From: Octopus sinensis
Lineage: Eukaryota
Direction of reading: 5' to 3'
Length of the DNA: 64,000 nucleotides
Assembly (NCBI RefSeq): GCF_006345805.1
Contig: NC_043003.1
Location: 29,822,001 to 29,886,000 of the forward strand
Positions 12,185 through 23,211 of the stretch are shown in pieces. The notes under the pieces are model-generated. The model was not told where the DNA came from. It saw only the letters and a list, made by a program, of their open reading frames with translations, and made no database searches. The first letter of the stretch is position 1, and every line of letters starts with the position of its first letter. The position numbers were made by a program, and so were the translations under genes.

Positions 12185-13782
12185 TTGCACGAAATATTTA
12201 CCTAACCTTGCCTAGAAGGAAAGTGTCAAATTACACTATAAGCAAAGAGTACTGTGTAATGGTTATGCGTTTATAACCCGATTGAAACCGGGTCCGTCTG
12301 CTTGTTGCTCATATAAGTTGGTTTCATTGAAATGACGTGTAGAATTACCTCCCATGTATTAATGATCTCAGTAAACTATTTCATGGATCCGTTTCGTCTT
12401 CATTTCTAGAAATGAATTTTGGCGATTCTCAGATTCTTTACAGATTTTATTGTTTCGTATTCTTTGGACAAAACAGTAATTCTGAAGGTAAACTAAAGGT
12501 GAGTTTGAACACAATCATTCTTTCAAGTTATTTGTTTACATCCGAACTAAGTCTGATCAAGTAGACTGATAACCAAAATACGTTCCAGACATGACCTTCC
12601 CATTTTTTCTATCTACTGTTATTTTATCCAACGCAACTTCTTTTTTAAAACCGTAGGATGTAATCTGTAGGACATTTAGGTTCTATTTCTTGCAAGCAAG
12701 CAATTGCTTCGAAGTTCTGTCTTCAGCCCTTTGAAACTTGACTGTTATGACTCAGGTCAGCCGTAATAGAGGAAAACTTATAGTGATCTGTTGTGACCAT
12801 TCTGTCTTTTATTGTTTTTTTTTCATGTATCTAATATGCACTTCATTTTTTTAACGATTAGAACCATGATTTAGGTGTGTGTGCGGGTGGTTGATTTGGT
12901 AGCTATTTCTAGCGGATCGAGTGACTGTGTTGATGGTCCTGCTTCATTTTATGTGCATTTAACCCTTGTTATACTATACATATGAGGGATATATAATTGA
13001 ATGATTCATAAAATATTACAGCATAATATATTCTAAAGAAAATACATCGCTTATTTTCACGCCGGAGAAATAAACACTAGGGCAGCTTCTGTTTGGACGA
13101 TCTTTGAGTTAAAATCATCAGTTTCATTTTTATGATGTATGTTTACTAAAATCATATCAACAAACACAAAGGCTAATTTCAGTTATTGTCGTTTAAGTTT
13201 TACATCGTTTCAGACTACACAGAAGAATGACAAAAGTGCACGCGACAATCGACCGACACATTAATACCGTTATTTGCTGCAAGGTTACAAGTGGGCTGCT
13301 GCGAATTGGTGCTGATGTTATATTAGTCTCCTGTTTCTTTCTTTTTAACTTCCACTCCTCTCAAACGGCCTGTTAGTTTTCACTTTTCGACTACTATATA
13401 AGATTCCATCGTGAAGTAAAATAACATTGTCAATTATTTCAATTTTTGTTTCATATTTTGTTATGGTTTGAATTGTTTTTGTTTTTTTTTCTCTCGATGT
13501 ATTAGAATTTGTTGTTGGTCACTTTTTTCGACTTCGTTGTTCGTTAACATAGAATAGAAATTTCAATAAAACAATACCATTTGAGAAAATTGTAACCCAC
13601 GTGAAACAAATGTTATAAACTCGAAGATCGCCCCTGTCTGTTTTGTGTGTGTGTTTTCTATTCCTTTATACCCCTTCAACAAAGAATAGTTTCTCAACTA
13701 GGCACAATATCAAGAGTGCATAGATGACAGGAACGAGGCCGTGTTATAAGAATGTTTTTGTTTTTTTTATCTAAGAAACTTG

Positions 13783-13888
13783 TATACATACATAGATACG
13801 TGCATACGTACATACGTACATACATACATACATACATACATACATACATACATACATACGTACGTACGTACGTACGTACGTACGTACA
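13783..13888. repeat. (TACA)n grading into (TACG)n tetranucleotide array
   Basis: Seen directly; it abuts the 3' end of the CRE-like element. Confidence 0.95.
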
Positions 13889-13929
13889 CAGATGAAGGGC
13901 TCTGCCTAAATCATCATATCTTTCTTCCT

Positions 13930-14545
13930 CACAGCAAAGAAATATTTTTAAAATGGCTTGTCTCAGCAGACAAAATGGAAAAGGCATCACCCCAGAGGAT
14001 GATGAAAGAGATGTACTGGAACAGCCACTCGGCCAACTCTGTTCCAATGGTGATGAGCAGGGATGTGGTCTAGGGGCCAAGAATGCCAGAGGTCTCTACT
14101 ATCACAGGCTTGATTACAAACTTGTCAGTAACTGATATTGTGACAGTTTGCCCTTCTTGGCTTGACATGCAGCAAAGCTGCTGGAGAAGGTGTCAGAACA
14201 TGTGGCATCCCAGATGAGGGCCCTACAACCACAGAATGGGAAAATTGTCATACCTTCTGGCCTTTTACTATCCTCTCAGTGGCTCAAGCTAGGAAGCAAA
14301 GCTTGTGACATCTAGGCCATGCTTTATGGTCTCGTTGAGGGCAGCATGACATGAAAGGCAGCCAATATTATAGTGACATGACAATGGGTGGAGGAAAGAA
14401 AATTCAGACCTGCAGTAGCATTTGTGAGGCTCAGATCTGGAGGCCAAGCCTCAAGGAAATACTAATGCGCAGTTACTATCAAGCTAAAATCCAGGTACCA
14501 CTGTGGGGCTGGGAAGCTGATCAGAAACATACCAGATGGTGCTAA
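13930..14545 (-). mobile_element. CRE-clade non-LTR retrotransposon 3' end (REL endonuclease), pseudogenised
   Basis: Manual minus-strand translation: QPHSGTW, RISISLRLG, HPLSC..HAALNETIK, RPEGMTIFPF..LIWDATCSDT and VETSGILGP..EWLFQYISFIILWGDAFSIL. These match the CRE-type RPDG..WDATC..VET.G..QR.S REL signature. Confidence 0.75.
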
Positions 14546-15016
14546 TAGTTAAGTTCAAAAATTAAGCCCACCCATCAAATTGTAACAAACAGCTACAGAA
14601 TACCTAAGCAAAGATTCAAAACTGAACCCACATTTTCCATATTGACAAACAAATTCATGGCCTTTCTGCACTGAGAGATTAATGAGAAAAAAACTGACCT
14701 CTTAGACCGTTTTTGAAGTATCCATCAGTTAAAACTGATATGGTGAAGAATTCTAATTGTTTACATTTGACCTAATTAATTAGCAAAAATATAAATACAT
14801 AAGCCAAATTACTCATACTCTTTCAGTCATTCAGCATCAAACTGAGGAGCAAGCTTTCTCAATATGTTGGTTAATACATGCAAAGGTAGACTTCTTACCA
14901 TTTCTGTCTGCATGCATTCTTTCTTCCTAGCAGGCACACAAGGAATCAAACTTATACAGAATGGAGATCTACAAAGAATCTATGTACACACAAACAACTT
15001 GACAAGGTTTTATATA

Positions 15017-15417
15017 TATTATTTACATTTGACGGATATTTGTCCTCATCATGTTTGTTGTTAACACAACATTTCAGCTGATATACCCTCCAGCCATCAT
15101 CAGGTGTCTTGGGGAAATTTCGAACATGGGTTCTCATTCCTATGTCCACAGGCATATGGCATAGTGGTTAAGAGCGCAGGCTACTAATCCCAAGATTCCA
15201 AGTTCAATTCCAGGCAGTGACCTGAATAATAATAATAATGCTAATAACATCGAAAAATACTTTAGGAATGAGAACCCAGTTTCAAAATTTCCCCAAGACA
15301 CCTGATGAAGGCTGGAGGGTATATTAGCCAAAACGTGTTAACAACAAACAAGATGAGGACACATATCCGTTGAATGTAAATAATGTACATAATTCCTCAT
15401 CTCTTAAATATAGAACT
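15017..15417 (+). mobile_element. tRNA-headed SINE-like element with a hammerhead-bearing tail, preceded by an inverted copy of that tail
   Basis: A box TGGCATAGTGG at 15157-15167, B box GTTCAATTCC at 15202-15211, an (AAT)n linker, then the tail at 15262-15417. 15017-15142 is the reverse complement of the tail. Confidence 0.75.
15063..15108 (-). ncRNA. Minimal type I hammerhead ribozyme (antisense copy, core retained)
   Basis: GACAC-CUGAUGA-U-GGCUG(loop)CAGCU-GAAAU-GUU-GUGUU. Stem I is GACAC/GUGUU; stem III has no loop (dimer type). Confidence 0.6.
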
Positions 15418-15559
15418 GTATTAAAGTTTTATATACCTTATATATTATAATGACTTACATTATAATCGTCTTCAACATTGTAACAACATGATAATTGATA
15501 CTTAATAAATGGTCATATTAATAATCAAGCAAATAATATTGTTTCTCAATCATTTCTTT

Positions 15560-15920
15560 GATGCATCTTCACATAAAAAACTTTGTTGTTACAAGATATG
15601 AAACATGTTCCTAATATCCAATGCAAAAGTGTTTTACACTTGCAACCGCGGACCTCACTCAAGCAGCATTTTCCTTCCTACTGCACCAAATACCCAATGC
15701 CTTTCATGCCACTCAACTCAGAGACATTTCTGATGCATATATTTGGATTCACCTATTTTCACAGTAATGGGACGTCCAGTTGCAGTGGATGAGCTTCCAA
15801 GAGTTGCTCACATACTTCTATCAGGAGCATAATCAACCGTGGTATTATTACTCACTTGCAGTTCAAAAATCATTTTGTTCTGTGGATAGTCTTTTACCCA
15901 TATGTACATTAGTTGAATTA
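15560..15920 (-). mobile_element. Merlin (IS1595/ISXO2-like) transposase remnant
   Basis: Frameshifted peptides NNTTVDY, EVCEQLLEAHPLQL, GRPITVKIGESKY and HERHWVFGAVGR resemble Merlin GG.G..VEIDESKF..R...G.WVFG.VER. Confidence 0.55.
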
Positions 15921-15929
15921 TTAATGTAA

Positions 15930-16143
15930 GGCAGGGAACTGGCAGAATCATTAACATGCTGGGCAAAATGCTTAGTGGCATTTCGTTCATCTTTATGTTC
16001 TGAGTTTAAATTCCACCAATGTCAGCTTTGCCTTTCATCCTTTCAAGGTTGATAAAGTAAGTACCAGTTGAGTACTGGGTCAATGTATTTGACTTACCCT
16101 CTCCTCCAATATTGCCACTCTTGTGCCAAAGTTTGAAACCATT
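15930..16143 (+). mobile_element. tRNA-derived SINE (same family as 4380), CpG-decayed
   Basis: Colinear with the 4380 and 56700 copies, with CG changed to TG/CA. Confidence 0.75.
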
Positions 16144-16645
16144 ATTAATGGTTATGTGAAATGGCTACTCTCAAAAAAGGAATTGACTTGTTTAGTCTGA
16201 GTGAATTCACAGGAACCAGACCACCTCTTCCTGTCAAGTCTTTCTCTACACTTCATAAATGATGAACCATTATTAAATGGCTCAAATGTAACTGTGTTAG
16301 GCATCATGCATTGACATGTAATGCCTTCTCTATGATGTTCATTGTTGGATAAAGTACCTTAGAATGATGTACATTGATTGCTATTTCTGAAATACTTAAC
16401 ATATCACTGTAAGGTACTTTACATGTAACCTGAGTGAAAGAGATTCCAAATGAATAATGAAAGTTCATTGAGAATTACTTCTGAACTATGTTGTTCCCCA
16501 TATACAATATTAATAAATTATTGCTTGATTACTGTTGAAGCTTGTCCCAGTAAATGTTTAAATCTGTGTAAGGTTTAATGTATTATACCAAACAGTCCTT
16601 TCAGTGTGATGCCAGCTTCAGGTGGTTCCCATAGATTTGTTTTCA

Positions 16646-16900
16646 TCTATATATATAAAAGACAGGATGTTTGTCAAGATCCATGCAACCAATTTTAGTG
16701 AAATTTTATATATGCATTACATAGGGTCCATGGAATGTCATGGGCCAAAAAAATTTTCAACTCCTTGCCTACTAAAGAATCAGGGGCAGATTAACTGCAT
16801 TTTAAAAGCATTTTCGCAGCGTTAAGGCCCGTAACTTGAAGAGAATCCAGTCACTTGGCTCCAAATTTGCAACAAACATTAATCAGGCTCTTCAAATTAC
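16646..16900 (+). mobile_element. Possible non-autonomous Helitron 5' end
   Basis: A|TCTATATATATAAAA terminus at 16646; no clear hairpin-CTAG 3' end was found. Confidence 0.4.
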
Positions 16901-17490
16901 TGTTGACTAACAAAAATATCTGACACTGACTATGGGCCCCCCCAAAATGCAGATTAATCAGATCTGAGTATACTGCACTGGGTTTTATCATTGTTTTAGG
17001 CCATTTTCTGACAATAAAATATTGACACTATTTATACTTTATAAGTAGTGTATAATATTTCATGGAAACCTTTTTGTCCAATTTAGCAGAGGAAATGAGA
17101 AGAACATGAAAATTTTTGTTGGCGCCCTGTTGATGCTTCATGTTACCATCCCACGCGACACCAGGCCATGTGCGTGTGTGTGTGCAGCTATGTAAGGGCA
17201 CAACAAACCCATTCATCCATTCTCTAAAAGTGCCCTGTTGATGCTTCATGTTTCCAATCCTGCACAATGCAGCATGTCTGCTTTCCATGTCTTCCATGTC
17301 TGAACTATATAATGCAAAATATTCATACAAAAAAAAAAACTGCTAACTGTTCTGACTTACAGCCATTCAAGTTTGACCACACGACCACTTCTAGAAGCTG
17401 TGTTCACTACCTGCAATTAGTGCCCCCCACCTATGTTCCCTCCCCCTGCCGAGATGAAGAAACCTAGCCGGACTGAAGGAACTGTGTAAG

Positions 17491-18129
17491 ATGACACAGA
17501 AGGTGGGCAGTGACATAAAGTTATTACCCCCAAAAAGGGTTATGGATAAGAAGACCATTACCTACAAGGTGTACTCAGTGGAGAGTAGAAAGGTGGAGCA
17601 GATAGAGATGGAAAAAGTAGAAAAAGCATTGAAGGGGCTTTTGAAAGAAGTGACATACATAGTGAAAGGAAATGGATATGGGACGGTGGTTCTCCAGTTT
17701 CGGACAGTGGAAGAGGCAAAGAGGCTGGCAAGTACAACGGTGGGAACAGAGGAAGTAGTACTTCTGCCCACGTACCTTGGAAGAAAGACTTCTAAGATGA
17801 GGGTAGAAGGAATCCCATCCAATATAGAAGTGGCTTGGATTGCGGCAGCCATCCTTGTTGGTAGTTGGGAAGAGTTGGCTGTCCTCCAAGCCACAGTGAT
17901 AGGGGAAGGAGGATATAGAGGAAAGGCATTGGAAATCATCGTACAAGCGGAGGCGAAGCAGCTAGAAAATTTGGCAGAGACAGTGACACTGGGAGAAATA
18001 GTATTGAGAGTATGGGTAGAGGGCAGAGTTCCACGATGCTTTAAATGTGACCAAAAGGGCTACATTAGAGCTCACTGCCCTCTACGGAGGAAAACGACAG
18101 AAGAAGCAGTACTGGAGATGGAGGAGTAA
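17491..18129 (+). mobile_element. LINE ORF1/gag-like protein (L1/Tx1-type), uninterrupted 212-aa ORF, no ORF2
   Basis: RRM-like N-terminal half and a zinc knuckle RCFKCDQKGYIRAHCP, followed by a purine-rich Lys/Glu tract. Confidence 0.7.
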
Positions 18130-18499
18130 AAGGAAGAAGTATAGATAGAAGGAAGGAACAAGGAGGATGAATGGACGATGACAGAGGATAAAAGAATAAA
18201 GAAAAAGAAGAGGAAGAACAGTCAGTGTGATGTGGGACCCCAGACCAACTCTATCCCACGCAAGACCACTCAGACCTGCCCTCCCCATACAGACACCAAA
18301 CCCACCCACCCCCTCTCCCCACAGGAATAAAAAAAGAAGACAGAACAGACACCACAAAATTTACAAGACCCCTTCCCCGGTAAAAAAGGTTATGTGTACA
18401 TGGAGGAGAGAGTTTGTCACTCAGCGATGGGGAAAACGGTAAACGAAAGACTAGATCAAAGACTAAAGAGGACTCGGGACTCAGAGGTCTTTTTTGTTG

Positions 18500-18785
18500 T
18501 TTTATTTGTTTCAGTCATGTGACTGTGATCATGCTGGAGCACCACCGTTGGTTGAACACATTGACTGCAGGATTTATTCTTTGTAAGCCTAGTACTTATT
18601 CTATCAGTGTCTTTCACCGAGCCACTAAGTTATGGTAATGTAAACACACCAACATTGGTTGTCAAGCAATGGTGAGGAAACAAACACAGACACACACACA
18701 AATATACACATGTATATGAGAGTCTTCTTTCAATTTCCCTGTACAAAATCCACTCAAAAGGCTTTGGTTGGCCTGAGGCTATAAA
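18500..18785 (-). mobile_element. Partial copy of the major tRNA/CORE SINE with internal microsatellite
   Basis: Homologous to 29114-29531. Confidence 0.75.
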
Positions 18786-18811
18786 ATATATATATATATA
18801 TATATATATAT

Positions 18812-18954
18812 AGCAACGATTTGCTTCACCACATACCGAAGTTTAGAAATAGCAGTCAAAAAATTTTAGCTATTCCTTCTACTTTAAAAGGAATAGCTAA
18901 GATTTTTTGACTGCTATTTCTAAACTTCGGTATGTGGTGAAGCAAATCGTTGCT
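18812..18954. repeat. Near-perfect palindrome: 67-bp arms, 9-nt spacer, 1 mismatch
   Basis: Arms are 18812-18878 and 18888-18954; it starts immediately after a (TA)n tract. Confidence 0.95.
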
Positions 18955-19163
18955 GAACCCTAATTATAAAGTATTACTTAAGCTTACCATGAAATGGTCT
19001 TTTTCATGCCGAATTCTACTTGGTGAAATTACTGATTACTTCTTAACTAATTAATTTTGCCCTTTGTTATTATATATATATATATATATATATATTCCAA
19101 ATTAATTAATTTCACCCTTCATTATATATATATATATATATATATATATAAGAATATAAAGTA

Positions 19164-19196
<33 letters not shown>

Positions 19197-19496
19197 TATC
19201 CATATATATATATATATATACCAGGGTTTTCCAAAAATCGCCCATCCATTAGATCGCCCATGGGCGTTTATTTGGATGGACGGTTATTTATGGTTAAAAG
19301 TTGAAACAGAGTTTGTATTCTTCTTTGCATTTAGTTTAGACATTCATTTGCTCTGTTCAGCACTAGCCTTATTTCATCGTCAGAGTAATGTAACACCCTT
19401 TGATTGATTACCGCTATCTGAAATTTTGTCGGCTGCACCACGCCACTTGTCTGATTCGATTATATTTGTCGTCATTGCTACATGATCTGATTTACC

Positions 19497-21077
19497 TTCC
19501 CCAATCCCTTATCTGGTGGGCGATGCAGAAACTAGAGATTGATGAATGGTTGCTAAGGGCTGTACAGGCCCTTTACAGAGAGGTTGCTAGTAAGGTTAGG
19601 ATTGGCAATGAGTATAGTGAAGAATTCCGGGTAGAAGTAGGGGTCCACCAAGGTTCAACCCTCAGTCCCCTTTTATTCATCATAGTCCTCAGGCAATAAC
19701 AGAGGAATTCAAAACAGGTTGCCCTTGGGAGCTCCTCTATGCTGATGATATGGCTCTCATAGCAGAATCACTACCAAAACTAGAAAAGAAATTTCAGGTG
19801 TGGAAGCTAGGTTTAGAATCAAATGGCCTTAGAGTCAATGTAGCAAAGACCAAAGTTCTAGTAAGTAGGAAGGTGAACTCACCACACACCCCCTTAGGTA
19901 GGTGGCTCTGCTCGATCTGTAGAAAAGGTGTAGGTAGAAACTCCATAAGATGTACCCAGTGTAAACTATGGACACATAAGAGGTGCAGCAACATCAAAGG
20001 AAAATTAACCGAGAAGATAGCTTTCGTGTACGGCAGATGCACAGGGACAATAGACGTCACAGATACTCAGAAAATAGATTCCATCACACTACAGGGGGAG
20101 AAACTAGAAGTAGTTGATAGATTCTGCTACCTAGGTGATCAAGTTAGTAGTGAGGGTGGATACTCAGAGAGTATTACCACTAGAATAAGACTAGTCTGGG
20201 CAAAGTTTAGAAAGCTTCTTCCCCTACTGGTGACAAAGGGTCTCTCGCTCAGAATGAAAGTTAGATTGTATGATGCATGTGTGTGAACTGTCATGCTTCA
20301 TTCATGGCAGTGAAACATGGGCCATGACTGTGGAGGACATATGTAGGCTTGAAAGAAATGAAGTTAGCATGGTCCGCTGGATGTGTAATGTCAGTGTGCA
20401 TGCACGACAGAGTGTAAGCGCCCTGAGAGAAATGTTGGACATAAGAAGCATTGGATGTGGTGTGCAGGAGAGACATTTACGTTGGTATGGTCATGTACTA
20501 CGGATGGATGAGGAGAGATGTGTGAAAAAGTGCCACTCCCAAACAGTTGAAGGAATCTGGGGTAGAGGTAGACTCAGGAAGACATGGGATGAGGTGGTCA
20601 AGCATGACCTTCAGACGTTGGGCCTCACTGAGGCAATGACAAAAGACCGAGACCTCTGGAGATATGCTGTGACTGCGAAGACCCGACAAATGAATTGAGT
20701 TCATGGCTCGCAGGACAGCCTACTGTGCTTACCTTGGATCATAGGGCGACCTGCTGTGCTTGAGGAGACCTATTGAGTCAAGTGCATCAACATCAAAATA
20801 AAAATCAAATGGAAATTGTAGTTGTTATACCCGTGCCAGTGGCACATAAAAAGCACCATCCAAACATAGCTGATGCCAGCTTCCTCTGGGAGCCGTGCCG
20901 ATGTCATATAAAAAGCACCCACTACACTCATGGAGTGGTTGGCATTAGGAAGGGCATCCAACTGTAGAAACACTGCCAGATCAGACTGAAGCTTGGTGCA
21001 GCTTCCTGGCTTCCCAGACCCCGGTTGAACTGTCCAACCCATGCTAGCATGGAAAACGGGTGTTAAACAATGATGAT
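19497..21077 (+). mobile_element. 5'-truncated RTE-clade LINE (RT, PHD-like finger, 3' UTR)
   Basis: GVHQGSTLSPLLF, LLYADD (19738-19749), CSIC..CTQC..HKRC and HGSETW motifs. Frameshifts near 19695 and 20283. The tail ends in gcatggaaaacgggtgttaaacaatgatgat. Confidence 0.92.
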
Positions 21078-21309
21078 CTCAATTTGTAACATAAGTTCTT
21101 ATTGAATGCTGATATCCAGGGAATAACCACTGTCTTACTGTTAATGTTCCTTACATGTGTCATTAGTAATTATCTTGTTGCAAGCTTCACTACATTATTG
21201 TACATTAAGTTTTGGTGGAGTGAATATGTCTGTAGATAAATTCAAAGGATTTTTATTCACAATAATGGAGTTGAAAGAAAATATATCATAACGTGTTCAA
21301 CGATCATAT

Positions 21310-21637
21310 ACCATTAGTGAAAAATTGAGTGCTACTAAACGAGTGAAAGAACATTCTAGCAATTTATCTGCTGCGACAAGAGACTTAGATATTGATAGAA
21401 AAGGATTGGGAGAATGGTGCACAAAAGAAACTGAGTTAATCCATATGTCAGACAAGAGGAGGCACAGGTCAACTAGTGGAGGTACAGGACCAGTACATAG
21501 AGATCTAGAGATTGAACTCTTACAGTGGATTGCTGTTCAACATGCAAACAATATAATAAATTATTGTCGTTTATGGAAATATGCTTTTGAATTGGTAAAA
21601 AGGTTTGGAATTGAAATGAACAGCTGTAAATGTTCTG
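21310..21637 (+). mobile_element. pogo/Tigger-type transposase N-terminus (two HTH domains), truncated by a SINE
   Basis: KLSATKRVKEHSSNLSAATRDLDIDRKGLGEW..HRDLEIELLQWI..KYAFEL. Confidence 0.7.
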
Positions 21638-22118
21638 GAGGTGCAATGGCCTAGTGGTTAGGGCAGCGGACTCACGGTCATAGGTTTGCGGTTTTGACTC
21701 CCAGGCCGGGCATTGTGAGTGTTTATTGAGCAAAAACACCTAAAGCTTCACAAGGTTCTGGCAGTGGGTGGTAGTGAACACTGCTGTACTCTTTCTTCTT
21801 GTTTCTGTTGTACCTGTATTTCAAGGGGCCAGACAAGTTACACTCTGTGTCACGCTGAATCTCCCCGAGAACTACATTAAGGGTACACATATCCGTGCAA
21901 TGCTCGGCCACTTGCACGTTAATAAATGAGCTGCGACGTCACTGGTGCCAGGCTGTATTGGCCTTTGCCTTTCCCTTGGATAACATCGGTGACATGGAGA
22001 GGGAGACTGGTATGCATGGGCGACTGCTGGTCTTCCATAAACAACCTTGCCCAGACTTTTGCTTCGGAGGGTAACTTTCTAGGTGCAATCCTATGGTCAT
22101 TCATGACTGAAGGGTGTC

Positions 22119-22120
<2 letters not shown>
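21638..22120 (+). mobile_element. tRNA-SINE joined to the 3' half of a 7525-type SINE
   Basis: Head tggcctagtggttagggcagcggactc; from ~21925 it is homologous to 7655-7855. Confidence 0.7.
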
Positions 22121-22150
<30 letters not shown>

Positions 22151-22278
22151 CAACAAAATATTAAGGAAAGACCCTTACAGGTCATTCGACTCACTTGAAA
22201 GAGCAGCCAAAACTCAAACCGCAAAAATAGTAGTAATTCTGAAAGTTAAAGGAGAAATAAAAACGTTTATCCTTTTCA

Positions 22279-22375
22279 ACTTTGTACCCTGCAAGGTTTC
22301 AACAATTTCTACGCAATCGAACTTAATTAAATTAAATTAAATCCATTTACGATTGGTTTGTTTCATCAGCAAAGT
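22279..22375 (-). ncRNA. Type I hammerhead ribozyme in the inverted arm, core intact
   Basis: Reverse complement of 22393-22489; the single difference (22345) lies in the stem II insert. Confidence 0.8.
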
Positions 22376-22392
22376 TCGCCTTCTCTTTTGGG

Positions 22393-22489
22393 ACTTTGCT
22401 GATGAAACAAACCAATCGTAAACGGATTTAATTTAATTTAATTAAGTTCGATTGCGTAGAAATTGTTGAAACCTTGCAGGGTACAAAGT
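22393..22489 (+). ncRNA. Type I hammerhead ribozyme, intact
   Basis: Stem I ACUUUG/CAAAGU; CUGAUGA at 22399-22405; stem II AACAA/UUGUU; GAAA at 22468-22471; stem III ACCU/GGGU with UGCA loop; GUA at 22481-22483. Confidence 0.85.
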
Positions 22490-22882
22490 TGAAAAGGATA
22501 AACGTTTTTATTTCTCCTTTAACTTTCAGAATTACTACTATTTTTGCGGTTTGAGTTTTGGCTGCTCTTTCAAGTGAGTCGAATGACCTGTAAGGGTCTT
22601 TCCTTAATATTTTGTTGAATATAATATATAGTCTGTGACTACTTCTATTTTCTCACTTGACCGCTGGTTGCAGAAAATTTTTCTTGAATTTTTTCTTGAA
22701 TTTTTTTGCTACCCTATATTGATAAATTAATAATTTTTGACTAATTCTGAAATTGTATCAGCAGTTTATATTTGCTGCTGAGTAGTTGGCGCGGTTACGT
22801 TGGATTTCGAAAAATTAGGATATATATACTCGGGGCTTCAGTGGTATCGCCTCGTGTGTATATGTTCGCCTTCTCTTTTGGG

Positions 22883-22979
22883 ACTTTGCTGATGAAACAA
22901 ACCAATCGTAAACGGATTTAATTTAATTTAATTAAGTTCGATAGCGTAGAAATTGTTGAAACCTTGCAGGGTACAAAGT
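22883..22979 (+). ncRNA. Type I hammerhead ribozyme, second tandem copy, core intact
   Basis: Identical to 22393-22489 except T>A at 22943, inside the stem II insert. Confidence 0.85.
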
Positions 22980-23211
22980 TGAAAAGGATAAACGTTTTTA
23001 TTTCTCCTTTAACTTTCAGAATTACTACTATTTTTGCGGTTTGAGTTTTGGCTGCTCTTTCAAGTGAGTCGAATGACTTGTAAGGGTCTTTCCTTAATAT
23101 TTTGTTGAATATAATATATAGTCTGTGACTATTTCTATTTTCTCACTTGACCGCTGATTGCAGAAAATTTTTCTTGAATTTTTTCTTGAATTTTTTTGCT
23201 ACCCTATATTG

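Noticed and set aside
13694-14545. ORF-track peptides at 13694, 13780, 13953 and 14351
   Set aside because: Off-frame or antisense shadows of the CRE-like element and the adjacent microsatellite.
15151-15222. Functional tRNA gene (also the heads at 7525, 21638, 29114, 34507)
   Set aside because: Acceptor stems do not pair and each head continues into a repeat body, so these are SINE heads.
18928-18975. GTGGTGA-AGCAA(ATCG)TTGCT-GAAC hammerhead-like motif
   Set aside because: Two core mismatches, GAAC instead of GAAA, and no convincing stems I and III.
22151-22617. Palindrome as a pure sequencing foldback artefact
   Set aside because: The arm has a private mismatch, stops at (TA)n and fits PLE-type architecture seen at three other older sites. 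Judged unlikely but not excluded without reads.
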